DNA of 64,000 nt, taken from the NCBI GenBank assembly GCA_002269645.1, contig NIVC01000511.1, positions 156,023-220,022 of the forward strand, in the 5' to 3' direction. The notes below the pieces were generated by a model, which searched no databases, had not been told where the DNA came from, and worked only from the letters and a program-made list of their open reading frames with translations. The stretch comes from Macrostomum lignano. Taxonomy: Eukaryota. Made by a program: the position numbers and the translations under genes. Shown one piece after another: positions 45,313 through 58,600 of the stretch (positions within the stretch are counted from its first letter, which is position 1; the number at the start of each line of letters is the position of its first letter).

Positions 45313-45903
45313 CGCTGAAGAATAAAATTTTTGCACTGCTCGCCGGAGCTGCCAGCTGCCAGCTGTTGGCGAGATGAGGCAGAACAAAATAAGCAATAAA
45401 TGTAGACTGACCGATAACGGTGGAACTTCTTCTACCTCGGGAACTGTTGTGAGCCCGCCTGATTGGCCAGTGCGTTGCGGCCCAGTGGCCTCCCAGAGAT
45501 TGCAGCAATGCGTTCACGGAGCAGAAATTGGGGAGGGGGCACAGAAAACAGGGGGTAGTTGAGACCGGCGTGGGTAGAAGCATTTTTAGCCGGTTTTAGG
45601 TAGCTGGGTGAGAAATATTAATTTCTGCACCCGACTAAAAGCATGAGGAGGTAGGCGTATTGACAGAGAAGCAGTTATTTCTTGCACAAATCGCTGATGT
45701 CTCGAGGCTTGTATCAGATGTCAGAACTGATCAGGACTGCAGGTTGCCGCTGCTAAAAAAAATGTGCTTTGGGGGAATCAGATTGAAATTTCCAGCCACG
45801 TGTGACATCGGCTTTTGCTGTATTTTGGGGCAATCTAGAATTCGACATGGATTATGGACTGCCTGGTGGCTGCAGAAGAGTGTTTTGTCCTGAAATGAAC
45901 TGG

Positions 45904-46693
<790 letters not shown>

Positions 46694-48683
46694 ACAGTCC
46701 TCAGTCATTCTATAATTTAGCAAGCAGGCTCTCAGCGCTGAAGGAGCTTCGAGGATCCCGTATCAAATCCCCCCATAAATGATCAATACATCTGATGGCC
46801 CACTTGCGGCAGTATCAGAGAAGACAGTTATGGATCTTTGAGTCTCCAATGCTGAGGCATTCGATCGTAAAATGAAAATACGGGTTTTATAGAAAGGCTT
46901 CCCAAAACAGCAGCACGCCGGTCTGCTCCGAGTGGAAGAAAAAACAAGATTACTTGCTTTTAGGGGAGTTTCGCCTGCGGTTCCCGTGGGGCCTGACTGC
47001 TCGAGGGGCCCGGCAAGTGAGGCGGAAAACTACCCCTACATGCATAGCTATCAGTGTATCAAGCACATCCAAGCAGTCAAACTCTGCTTATCCGTCACAG
47101 GTCTCTCCATGAACCCGTGGATTATAGACAGCTATCAGATCTGGATACAGTAGCCAGGGCCTAAACAGTCAAATATGGGAAATGCAATAGTAATGTGTAA
47201 CTAAAACAATGGTGCGACCTAATTCTACTTTGATTTTTCTATTAAAAAACCATTGGACAATTGAAATATCCTGCGAATACTTATGCACAGTAAGGTGAGA
47301 ACATAATTTTCAAGTTCTGTCAAATGCATTGCATAGAAATTGCACAGGCATGATACCTGATAGCTTTACATAATTTTTCATCTTGAGCTTAGTGCACTTT
47401 TATGCAAAATCTTACGAAGGTTTCCTTGCATGAACTTGCCACAATATTTAAACTGTTTCGTGCGAACAGCTTACTTTACTGTTAGTAGTATAGTCGAATT
47501 TCAAGTGACTTCACAAAAATATTAATACAATGAATGCACTGGCGACCACTGAACGAGCAAAACTTAAACGAGCAAGGCGAAGCTGATTGTAAACCACCAA
47601 TTTCTATACATTTTTAAAATACTCGTAGTTCTCAATGTTTCTTACAAGGACCACTGTAGTAGACTGTAGGTCCTTGGTTCCTTAATCGAAGTCCGTAGTT
47701 GCGTTTACTTTGAAATGTTACAGTATTTTGCGTAGCTAGTTATTTATAAACAACTAGTCTGTTAAAACAAGTTTATTAAATTAATTTGTTCCAGAACGAA
47801 CTTCTGCCGTTCCAAAATGAGCAAAACAGATTGCTTCTTTTTTATTCATTGAGAACGTAAAAGTGTAAAGTTTGTAGAGCATTCTCCGCTCCACCGCCAA
47901 ACCGGTTCTGGCTGACTAGTTGCCAAAGTTGCAAACAACCCAATAGCCAATCAGCTAGAGGGCAGAGAATGGCTTTTGGGGTGGGTGCGACAAGGATAGA
48001 AAGTTAAAAATTTCACGCGAGGCCGCCAGCCAATCAGCGCAGAGAGAAGCTCCAACACTGTGTTAGGGCACAGAGGTGGGAACAGCTAAGCTAGTGTTCT
48101 TTTTATTAGAAGCGATTAGGTAATAGGGGCTGTTTTTGAGCGAGCAGTTGGAGTACTTGAGATTCTATCGTCAATACAAGTCTATATCTCCAATTCACCC
48201 AGCAGCAGCACACCAGCCACACGGTCAGCCACTCCAGTCAAAATCTACGCTTGTACACCGGCAGTTTTTCGGCTCCAGTCTAAAGGTCTCGAGGCCAAGG
48301 TGCTCCATCATGCGCTTAAATCATCAAAACATTTTATTATGCACTTTTCTGACGCTAGGTAATGACTGCAAAAGAGATTTCGTCACAAGAATGATTTTAA
48401 ACGATCAAAAATCGACTACTTCTTATTTGCTAACAGCTGGCAGCTATTAAAATTTAAATTATTACCTGGGTGGGAGGGTAACAGACTAGGTGACAAACTA
48501 GTAATAAACGAACTTTAACTTTTCATCTCTTAAGGAAAAAATTTTTTTGACGCAAAATGCTTAAGCCAAAATCGGCATCCCTTTGAGCTTCGGCATCAAA
48601 GCATCTGAGCAACCCTAATGAGCAACCCCAATGAGCAACCCCAATAAGCAACCCCAATGAGCCTTGACATCTTAGTAATTAGT

Positions 48684-49807
48684 TATACTCGGCAACATCG
48701 AAAAGTCGCCATTCCGGCTGTGGTCGCCACTTTTGAGAGTGCAGGTAAAGTCTCTCAATCTTTGCGAGTGAAGCAACTTCGCTACGCCGCGTCAGATTTG
48801 AGTTGACAAATGAAGTGGATTAAACAGTTTTCGGAATTACAGATAAGAGAACTGCGAACCACCTAGCTTACCATACCTTACCTACCTAATATCCGCCTAC
48901 GTATTTTTTATTACAGAATAGTCAAAGAGAAATCGCTCACTGGCGCATGAAGTGAAGACTTTTAAAGTCCAAATACATGTAAATTAAGAGTATCACTTAA
49001 AGCGCTCTTTTTTTAAGTTTATTGCATATATACTTGACAATGTTTGAGTGCACTATTTCAATGTGGAAAGTCCTAATCCTTGCTTTGGCGTTTGATAAAT
49101 ATGGAAATTGAGGTGTCTGGGGCCCGTGCTATAGAATCAGGAGTTAGGAGTTAGAAGCTAGGACTCAAGACTACTCTTGACAAGGAGTGATTGAATTTTG
49201 TGTGCTATAGATTTCAAGAGTTAAGAGTTAGGAGCTAGGAGTTCTAGCAAGGAGTGCAGCCTAGGAGTGGGGGTGTGTTCAAGGAGTGTTGCGCAATCGT
49301 TAAAGGATGATAGAGAAATTGTGTGCTATATCACAATCCTAACTTTACGCTCCTTAAGGATTGAATCTCGGAGTGAAAATGCAAATTGCTCAAAAAATAT
49401 CATTTGTGAGAGCCGTCGCTGCATGCAAAGATGTTCTCTTTGGTGCGTTTAGTACAACCATAACTATAACCATAAAAGCCAGCTAGGAGCTAGGAGTTAG
49501 GACACTCTTAAGGATTTAGGAGTTAAGAGTATTCTATAGCACGGGCCCCTGTGCTGAGCAAAATATACTCGACAACATTAAAAAGCCGTCACCTTGACTT
49601 TTGAGCGACGCAACTTGCGCCACGCGTTGGTGAGGAGGGATTGGGAAGAGCGGAGGGCGAAGATTGGATGGATTGAAGCTTCCGCCCGGTTTTCATTGTT
49701 TTTTCAAGCATTTTTAATGTCAAAATGGTTGGCCAGGTGATGAGGCTGGTCGAAAGACACTGCTCACTGGGGCAAAGGGTGGCGACTTTTCAATGTTGCT
49801 GAGTATA
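48684..49807. mobile_element. Non-autonomous TIR element with TA flanks (Tc1/mariner-type MITE) hosting a nested MITE
   Basis: TATACTCGGCAACATCGAAAAGTCGCCA (48684-48711) and TGGCGACTTTTCAATGTTGCTGAGTATA (49780-49807) are inverted with 2 mismatches in 28. Confidence 0.65.
49120..49548. mobile_element. 429-bp PIF/Harbinger-type (Tourist-like) MITE, perfect 18-bp TIR, TSD CTG
   Basis: GGGCCCGTGCTATAGAAT ... ATTCTATAGCACGGGCCC with CTG at 49117-49119 and 49549-49551. Confidence 0.88.
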
Positions 49808-49850
49808 TTAGCAATGCGCTGGTTTAGTATGCAGCTTTGTTGAGCAATGG

Positions 49851-49932
49851 TCACTCACTCACTCACTCACTCACTCACTCACTCACTCACTCACTCACTC
49901 ACTCACTCACTCACTCACTCACTCACTCACTC
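49851..49932. repeat. (CACT)n tetranucleotide microsatellite
   Basis: Direct reading. Confidence 0.95.
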
Positions 49933-51089
49933 ATACACGTCTGTGACGGACTGGGTCGAGTCAAGTTAGCTACAGGGTTTACATCGAGTTGTAAAAAAAG
50001 CATTGGTTTTTTGTTTAAAATGCTCAGATAAATAAGGCAGAGATGCTTGCGCAAAAATTTAAACTGGAGAAGTCTCTGAAAACAAAATATTGAGCACCAA
50101 ATTTATCTAGGTCTCGACCTAATCTACCTGTCTTAATCCCACCTATAGCTCGAGGTCCGTTTGTTACAGGCGTTAGATCGAGTTTTTATTTTTTGTTCAG
50201 CTAATAAAACTAGATTGTGGATTTCGTAAAGAAAGTTAAATAACATTTTTAAAAAACCTGGATTGTGATCTAATAGAACTAAAATAACCTTATTGGATTA
50301 TGGCAAACATAAAAATGAATATTATAGACTTGATCAAAAGGTTTTTTATTTTAACAGGCCTCAACTATAAATAAGAGCGTTATTAGTGTTAATAATGAAC
50401 GGACAGGTATTCACTGCGAAACAGTAAGTTCGTACATAGAATTTGCTCGGAAGCTTATCAACTTTCCCTAATGGAAGCAGATACGCTCGAGGTAACCGCC
50501 TTAAGTGAGTCTCTCGTAGAAATCGCGCGTACCAAATAGAAAAGCCGGACGAAGCCCCTGAAGCTCGTAAGTTAGATCAGTCTTGACGTCTCACCAGGGC
50601 AGTCCCAGTTCATAACAGCCCTCGATTTTCGCTACTCATTCTTTCGTCATCGTTCATTCGTTGGACGGCCGTCAGAATATCTGCTGGAACCTTCTCCAGA
50701 AATAAAGCTGCTGGAATTTCATATTTTCCGTCCGCTACAAACGGCCCTTTCTTTTCCATGCCATTCTGGTCAATCGGTTGAAATGCACATTTGTGACAAT
50801 GCTTGTAAAGCTCACGACAACAAAAAACAATTGAATTAGCGGGAAACACCCGCTGTAGTCACAGTGATTAGAACATTGGCTGCATTGGCCGGGACGTAAA
50901 CATCAGATGCAGTGGCCGAGACGGAGTCATTCACCACAGTCGCCGCGCTGATCTCCGGACTCTGGGCGTTTTTCTTCTTCCTCTGATTTTTGTCGGCCTG
51001 AAATATGTGATTTCGTGGTATTACGAGCTACAAACAGTCAGCGCCAAATAAATAGAAATATTATCTGCTCAACACTTCTGATGAAAGCA

Positions 51090-51964
51090 TGATGTGTTCC
51101 TTATTACCAGTCCTCAACTGTAATCAAGGAACAATCACTTCTAGCTCAACAGCTAGGCAACCCAGTTAGTCAAACGAAGGTATTCAATTACCTTTAATCC
51201 GGATTTGAATTTCTTGAGTAGTTCTCGCTAGGAACTCGTCAGTAGATCTCGTAGATCAGGCGCCTTGATTCTTCAGTTGCTCTGGTCCTGGTTCCTCTTG
51301 TACTTCCGATAAGTTCTTCCGGCCGGTATCTTCAGTCAGGACCAATCAGAGGCCTCGTATCAACAATGGGATCCCTGCGCCAAACTGGGGTCTAGATTAA
51401 GCCTCCTTCTTCTAGCAGTGCCTCTATGCACTCTAGGTATAGCTCCGGAAACCACTGATAGTCCTCTAAGATCTATCAGGGGCAGTCCTTCTGGAGACTG
51501 CAACCAATGGAGTCTAAACAGACTCAAGAGTCTCAACAGACTCGAATAGACTCAAGTCTCAATAGACTTGAGCGAGACGTCTCTAACACAACAGGTGCAA
51601 ATAAGGAAGGCTTACCGCAACAACTCGACCGAGTCTCGATTGACTTGGTGATCAGGAAGTCCTCCTAAGGCTTCCTCTTCGGAGCTTCTCCTCTCGTCGG
51701 GAGTTGGCTCCTGGTCCGCTTCGGACCGCTTGTATTTATAGGCGATTTGGTGATCCAAAAACAGTATCCTGACTCATGTGTTGCGCTATAAGGGGTAACA
51801 TGACTTATTGCGTGCTATAATTAGTAACATGAATCATTGTGCTGCTATAAATAGTATCATGATTCATTTCTAAAGTTTAGGTGCACATGCATGCACTAGC
51901 TTACTTGCAGTAGCATTCTAAGATTTCTAATTCTTGCTCTTAACGGGAGGTAGAACACACTACA
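51090..51964 (-). mobile_element. 875-bp solo LTR (TG...CA, 4-bp TSD AGCA)
   Basis: TGATGTG...CACTACA flanked by AGCA at 51086-51089 and 51965-51968. The paralogous block near 52600 has the empty site CTGATGAAAGCAATC. Minus-strand TATAAATA at 51740-51733. Confidence 0.8.
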
Positions 51965-52654
51965 AGCAATCCAATTGAAACTTAGACACTCTAACATCGA
52001 GCTAGTCCTGGATTTAATGCTGAACAACCTCGATCGGATGCACTCAGCACATGCCTGGCTGCTGGACAACATCGAGGCTGCAGATTTCAGACACGCACAC
52101 ACACACAAACCTCGACCTATTCCGGGACTTATGCTGAATCAACGCGCAAAGAGATGCACTCGACACATGTCTGGCTGCCGGACAACTTCGAGGCTGAAGA
52201 GTTCACGCACACTCTTTTATTCTTTTGGTCTGCATTGATAAAAGTACATTGCTACGTTAAGCTAAAAAAGCACAAGGGCAAAGCTCAAAAAAGAAAAGAC
52301 TTTACTCACTTGATGCTCCTGAATTGTCGTACTAATCTTCTGGCCTGACATAGAGGACGAGGTACACTCGTAGAGGCTGTGGGACGTTTGAACTGAGTTG
52401 CAGTAGCAGAAAAGGAATATTGGCTGCAGTGCCCAAGATGGGAACGTCATATGCAATCACTGCGCTGATCTCCGGACTCTGGGCTTTTTTCTTCTTCCTC
52501 TAATTTTTGTCGGCCTGAAATATGTGATTTCGGTATTACAAACAGTCAGCGCCAAGAAAATACGAGCGTAGACATTATCTTCTCAACACATCTCCTGATG
52601 AAAGCAATCGAATCGAAATTTAGACTCTAACTAACACCGAGCTAGTCCTGGATT

Positions 52655-53225
52655 TAATGCTAAATAGCCTCGATTGGATGCACTCAGCACATGCCTGGCT
52701 GCCGGACAACATCGAGGCTGCAGATTTCAGACACGCACACACACAAACCTCGATCTATTCCGGGACTTATGCTGAATCAAGGCTAAGAGATGCACTCAGC
52801 ACATGCCTGGCTGCCGGACAACATCGAGGCTGCAGATTTCAGACACGCACACACACAAACCTCGATCTATTCCGGGACTTATGCTGAATCAAGGCTAAGA
52901 GATGCACTCGACACATGCCTGGCTGCCGGACAACATCGAGGCTGCAGATTTCAGACACGCACACACACAAACCTCGATCTATTCCGGGACTTATGCTGAA
53001 TCAAGGCTAAGAGATGCACTCGACACATGCCTGGCTGCCGGACAACATCGAGGCTGCAGATTTCAGACACGCACACACACAAACCTCGATCTATTCCGGG
53101 ACTTATGCTGAATCAAGGCTAAGAGATGCACTCGACACATGCCTGGCTGCCGGACAACATCGAGGCTGCTGATTTCAGACACACACACACACACACACAC
53201 ACAAACCTCGACCTATTCTGGGATT
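52655..53225. repeat. 112-bp tandem repeat, about 5 units; an older 1.5-unit copy lies at 52015-52200
   Basis: GATGCACTC...GGACAACATCGAGGCTGCAGATTTCAGACACGCACACAC recurs every 112 bp. Confidence 0.92.
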
Positions 53226-54765
53226 TATGCTTAATGACTTGCAAAGAATGAATTGCAAAGAAATACACGCGACATTCTTCTGTACATGAGGCACATGGAT
53301 TTGTAGTTTTAACGGAAAGTTGACTCTTTCGAAAGTCAATATTGTGCATAATTCTTACCTGATTTGTTTCACAATACGGTTGGTGGTATGATTCGGCGTA
53401 GACCTACTGCACCTTGGAGGCAATTTATGCAGCAATTTTCGTGCACGTTTCGTTTGCCGCTCCTATGTTTCTTAATTTCTATAATTTTCAGGTGACAGAT
53501 CGTTATTTTCAAAATATTATAAAGAATGGCAGAATGCCGAAAAATTTCCTGAAATTTTATCATCAAAGGAACTTACCGTCTGAAGCCTTCCCAATGCATA
53601 GAATAGTCAGACTCATACGCAGAGCAATTGATCCTGCACTTATGGCATTTCTCAATGCCCAATATATTGTGCCACTTTTGGCGTGGAGTTGTATTTCTGT
53701 TTTTGTTTTGTTTTTGGAGGGCATTCCATGGCGATCTGCATGTGATTCTAAAGAATTTATGTAGCAACAACCGTAACAGTGCTTTACGTCGTAACTGCCT
53801 TGCCTTTGGCCCTGCTTTCAATGCGGACTTTCTAAAATTTTACACCGACTTAATGCGAGCGCTTATATCGAGGCTCAGGGGTATCAGGGATAAAGCTGTT
53901 CATGTACACTCACACTCCCATGTACATCTCTGAGGCATAGCAAATGGAAAGAAAGGGAGGGAGAGTTTCACTCTATTTTTAGCTGGAGGCAAGCCCGGTT
54001 TGTTTTCTTAGCTTGGGTTGAGGGCAGCAGTAATAGGACTTTATTAACTGCAGCCTGTAAGATCAATTATAAGGTTTGGCTAAAAGACCTGTCTTTAGCT
54101 TTATTTCATCAAATGCATAATTGCAAGATTGATTACACTCGGAGTCATCCAATCCTCCCTTTTGTGCTATTTATGATTTGCACCTACAGACTCCAAAGCA
54201 CAGTTAGTGCCAGTTTGCTACAAATTATAGATTAGACACAAACGCTAGCAGTCATTCGACAATGGACAAGGAAAACAAAGTAAAAAACTCACTATCGAGT
54301 ACTTTTGTCACTAAAATCAGATTGATGCTGGAAACTTGGTGCATTTAATATTTGGTGTCAGTGTGAAAGCATAGAAATGACCCAGCAATTACATCATGGC
54401 ATCTAAGATACATTAGAGCTAGAAATTAGCTGCATTTCACATACTCAAATATGCAAAGCAGGATACATTCGATACTCAAAGTGAGTATGTTTTCCAGGAA
54501 ATAGCTGTAGGATTAGCTCGATGGGTAAAAAACTCGACCTAATCTACGGTGCTGTGTATTCTGTCCAGGAAACTTTTGGGATGTCCTGACCCTTTAAGGG
54601 CTACTTAAAAGTAGCCACTAAGGCATAAAAAGCTTTATTTTGAAAAATCATCTCAACAGGAGAGCGGGAAAATTTGCCTCGATCTAATACCTTGAGTGTA
54701 AAATAACCTCGAACAAGCCGTGACTTCCAACTTGCAGAGTATCGACCTAATCCGGCACAGATAAA

Positions 54766-54920
54766 CACACTCACTCACTCACTCACTCACACACTCACTC
54801 ACTCACTCACTCACTCACTCACTCATTCACTCACTCACTCACTCACTCACTCACTCACTCACTCACTCACTCACTCACTCACTCACTCACTCACTCAATC
54901 ACTCACTCACTCACTCACTC
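54766..54920. repeat. (CACT)n tetranucleotide microsatellite
   Basis: Direct reading. Confidence 0.95.
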
Positions 54921-55628
54921 CCAAAAGCAGAAAGTACTCGGTCTTTAGCCAAGGTGATGAAAGCAATGAAATTAATTATATTTTGTATAGCTATTGAGGA
55001 TAAAAGGAAATTTTGCGAAACTTCTACAGCAACAAAATAAAATTGACTTCACTGGAGATTTCAGGCAATAAAATAACCAAGTGGAAAGATATGCCTACTA
55101 CATTGAGCTCTCTATCGAACGGGATAAAATAGTAGAAATTGCAAAAATTTCAATAGTAACTAAAAATACGGTTTCTATGCTCAACTAAATGAATTTCTAA
55201 CAATGGATTTTAATGGATTTCTAACACAAATAATGCTATGATACTGTACCAGGAAAGCGGCTACAACTACGGGACTTGTGCTTTACTATGAATTACATCG
55301 GGTTTAGCGCATGCACACAGCGGCTATTCTAATAGCTAGTCTGCTTGAATCAAATTTTCCTTACACTTCGCGCGTTAAAGATGAGAATCTTCCTTCCCTG
55401 GACTACTCTGATTGGTTGAGAGGAACAGGGAGGCTGTTTTATCGATCGATTGCGCGGACTATGAGCATGCAGTTAAGGGTAACGAGAGTCGAGGCTTGCT
55501 AGCTCAGAGTTGTTTCAAATTTAAGCTTTTGGGAGCCGAAACATTGCGATTTACAGCATGATAAACCTCATGTTATTTATATAAAGACGGTTCAGCTGCC
55601 GGCAACAGAAGACTGAAATAATAAATTC

Positions 55629-58600
55629 TCAGCCGGCGGGGGCGGTGAAGTTGCCTGCCCAGTCGGGGTACTCGGTCATGTTGAACAGAGCCGTGCCGTA
55701 GGTCAGGCTGGCTCCGACCACCACCAAGCCGGACACGATAGTCAGCACGAAGCCGCTCTTGATCTGGGCGGAGTTGAAATTGTACATTGATAAAGCTATT
55801 TTTAGCATAGCGGAAAGCCATCCCTCTAGTCTTGGGTGGAGTTAATTGGTACATGTACACTGATAAGGCTATTTTTAGAATGGCCGAAAGCCATTCCCCC
55901 TAGTCCTGGGTGGACTGAACTTGTACATGTACATTGCTAAGTCTATTTTTAGCATAGCGGAAAGCCACCCCCCTAGACCAGGGTGGGGCTAATTGGTACA
56001 TGTACACCGATAAGGCTATTTTTAGCATAGGGGAAATTCAGAAGTGTTTTTTAGAAAACTTCCATCTTAGACCCAACTCTGTACACTCCGGAATTCTCGC
56101 GGCGATTCACGTCCTCCCAAACCCTAAGATTCTGTAAACGCAGGCATTCCTGCGGCAATTTAGCTCGTACATTCTTCTAATCCCTGAGGCGGCATCCTCC
56201 CCTCCCAAGGACGCACCATGTCGGCCACGGTGAGATAGCCCTTAGAGAACACAATAGAATTCGGGGGCGTGGCCACGGGCAGATTGAAGGCCAGCGAGGC
56301 GGCGATGGTGCAGGGCAGCATCAGGGCCAGCGGGTTCATGCGGATGCTGCGGCACTGAAATTATTCATAAATGTAAATCAAACGACAATCGCCTAGATGC
56401 TACTAGTGGTAACTGAATGAGGCTTACGAGATCAACCAGGATGGGCAGCAGGATGCTGGCTGTGGCGGTGTTCGAAGTGATCTCAGTGATGAAGGTGGTG
56501 CAATAGGTCACGATGAGCACCATCAGGGGCCGCGGCAGGGCGCCCAGCGGCTTCAGCTGGTCGCCGATCATCAGGGAGAGGCCCGACTCCTGCGGCAGAG
56601 GGATAGAACAGGTGACTCGTGTGACTAACAGGTGACTTGAGTGACTAACAGGTGAATTGAGTGACTAACAGGGGACTTGAGTGACTAACAGGTGACTTGA
56701 GTGACTATCAGGTGATTTGCGTGACTAACAGGTGACTTGCGTGACTAACAGGTGACTTGAGTGACTAACAGAGGACTTGAGTGACTAACAGGTGACTTGC
56801 GTGACTAACAGGTGACTTGAGTGACTAACAGGTGACTCGCATGACTAACAGGTGACTTGAGTGACTAACAGGAGACTTTAGTGACTAACAGGTGACTCGC
56901 ATGACTAACAGGTGACTCGCATGACTAACAGGTGACTCGCATGACTAACAGGTGACTTGAGTGACTAACAGGAGACTTTAGTGACTAACAGGTGACTCGC
57001 ATGACTAACAGGTGACTCGCATGACTAACAGGTGACTCGCATGACTAACAGGTGACTCGCATGACTAACAGGTGACTTAAGTGACTAGCGGGTGACTTAA
57101 GTGACTAACAGGTGACTTAAGTGACTAACAGGTGACTTAAGTGACGAACAGGTGACTCGCGGGACCAACAGGTAGCTCGCGTGATTACAAGTGAATCGTA
57201 TATCTATCATGTAAGTTTTATGCCTGCTGTATGATTTTAGTGTCTTTCGTCCAATGAAGAATTTTTTAATAATTATAGCGGCTTGTATTGGATACTATAT
57301 AATTGACTCCTTCATCTCAGGAAGCATAACTAGAGTCAATCAGTAGCAGGCCGGTCACCTTGGTGGCCTTGGCCAGAGCGAAGCCACCACCTAGCAGGAT
57401 GACAATGCCCCAGGGCAGGCGCTCGTGCACGGCCTGCCAGGTCAACAGGGTGCTCGCCTGCGGGCGCGCCGCCGTCTCGTCCTCCTTAGCGGCGCCGTCG
57501 CCCTGTTGAGCCGTCGGCCTCCTCTTGAACGGATTTCTCGACGGCAGCACGAACAGCAGGATGGACATGAGCAGCGCCGGCTGGGCGTCAGACATGTACA
57601 CTCGGGTGTCGCCGTCTCTGGTCTTTGTCGTGAACAGAGGGCTCCAGCCGGTGCGGCTGATCCACAGCAGCACCGTGGCGCCGAAAAGGATGATGCAGCT
57701 GACCTCCGGGAAGCTGCAAGGAGTGCGGTTCGAGATTGTAGGGTCCATCTAGTAGGGTCACAGGGTCTCCTAGTGAGGTCAAAAGTCTACTGAAAAGTAT
57801 GGGTCTACAATTGGTCGTTGCGTCTACTAATGAGTCATAGGGTCTACTAATATGAGTCATAGGGTCTACTAATATAAGTCATAGGGTCTACTAATATGAG
57901 TCATAGGGTCTACTAATATGAGTCATAGGGTCTACTAATGAGTCATAGGGTCTACTAATATGAGTTATAGGGTCTTCTAATGAGTCTAGGATCTATAATT
58001 ATGAGTCAAAGGGTCTACTAATATGAGTCATAGGGTCTACTAATTTGAGTCATAGGGTCTACTAATACGGGTCATTGGGTCTAGTCATGAGTCATAGGGT
58101 CTACTAATGAGTCATAGGGTCTTCTAATGAGTCATAGGATCTACTAATGAGTCTAGGGTCTATTAATATGGGTCATGGGGTCTACTACTGAGTCATAAGG
58201 TCTTTTAATGAGTCATAGGGTCTTCTAATAAGTCTAGAGTCTATTAATATGGGTCATAGGGTCTACTAATGAGTCACGGGGTTCTGAGTCATAGGGTCTT
58301 CTAATGAGTATAGGGTCTACTAATGAGTCTAGGGTCTACAAATGAGTCTAGGGTCTACTAATGATTCTAGGGTCTACTAAATGAGTCATAGGGTCTACTA
58401 AAGATTCGAGGGTCTACTAATGAGTCTAGGGTCTATTAATATGGGTCAAAGGGTCTACTAATGAGTCAAAGGGTCTTCTAATGAGCCATAGGGTCTTCTA
58501 ATGAGTCATCCATGTAAAGTCTACTAAATGAGTCATAGGGTCTACTAAAGTCTCGAGGGTCTACTAATATGGGTCATAGTGTCTACTAATGAGCCATAGG

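Noticed and set aside
47940-48045. Two AGCCAATCAGC (NF-Y-like) boxes as the GluN3-like promoter
   Set aside because: About 2.7 kb from the ATG with no TSS evidence; the motif is common in repeats.
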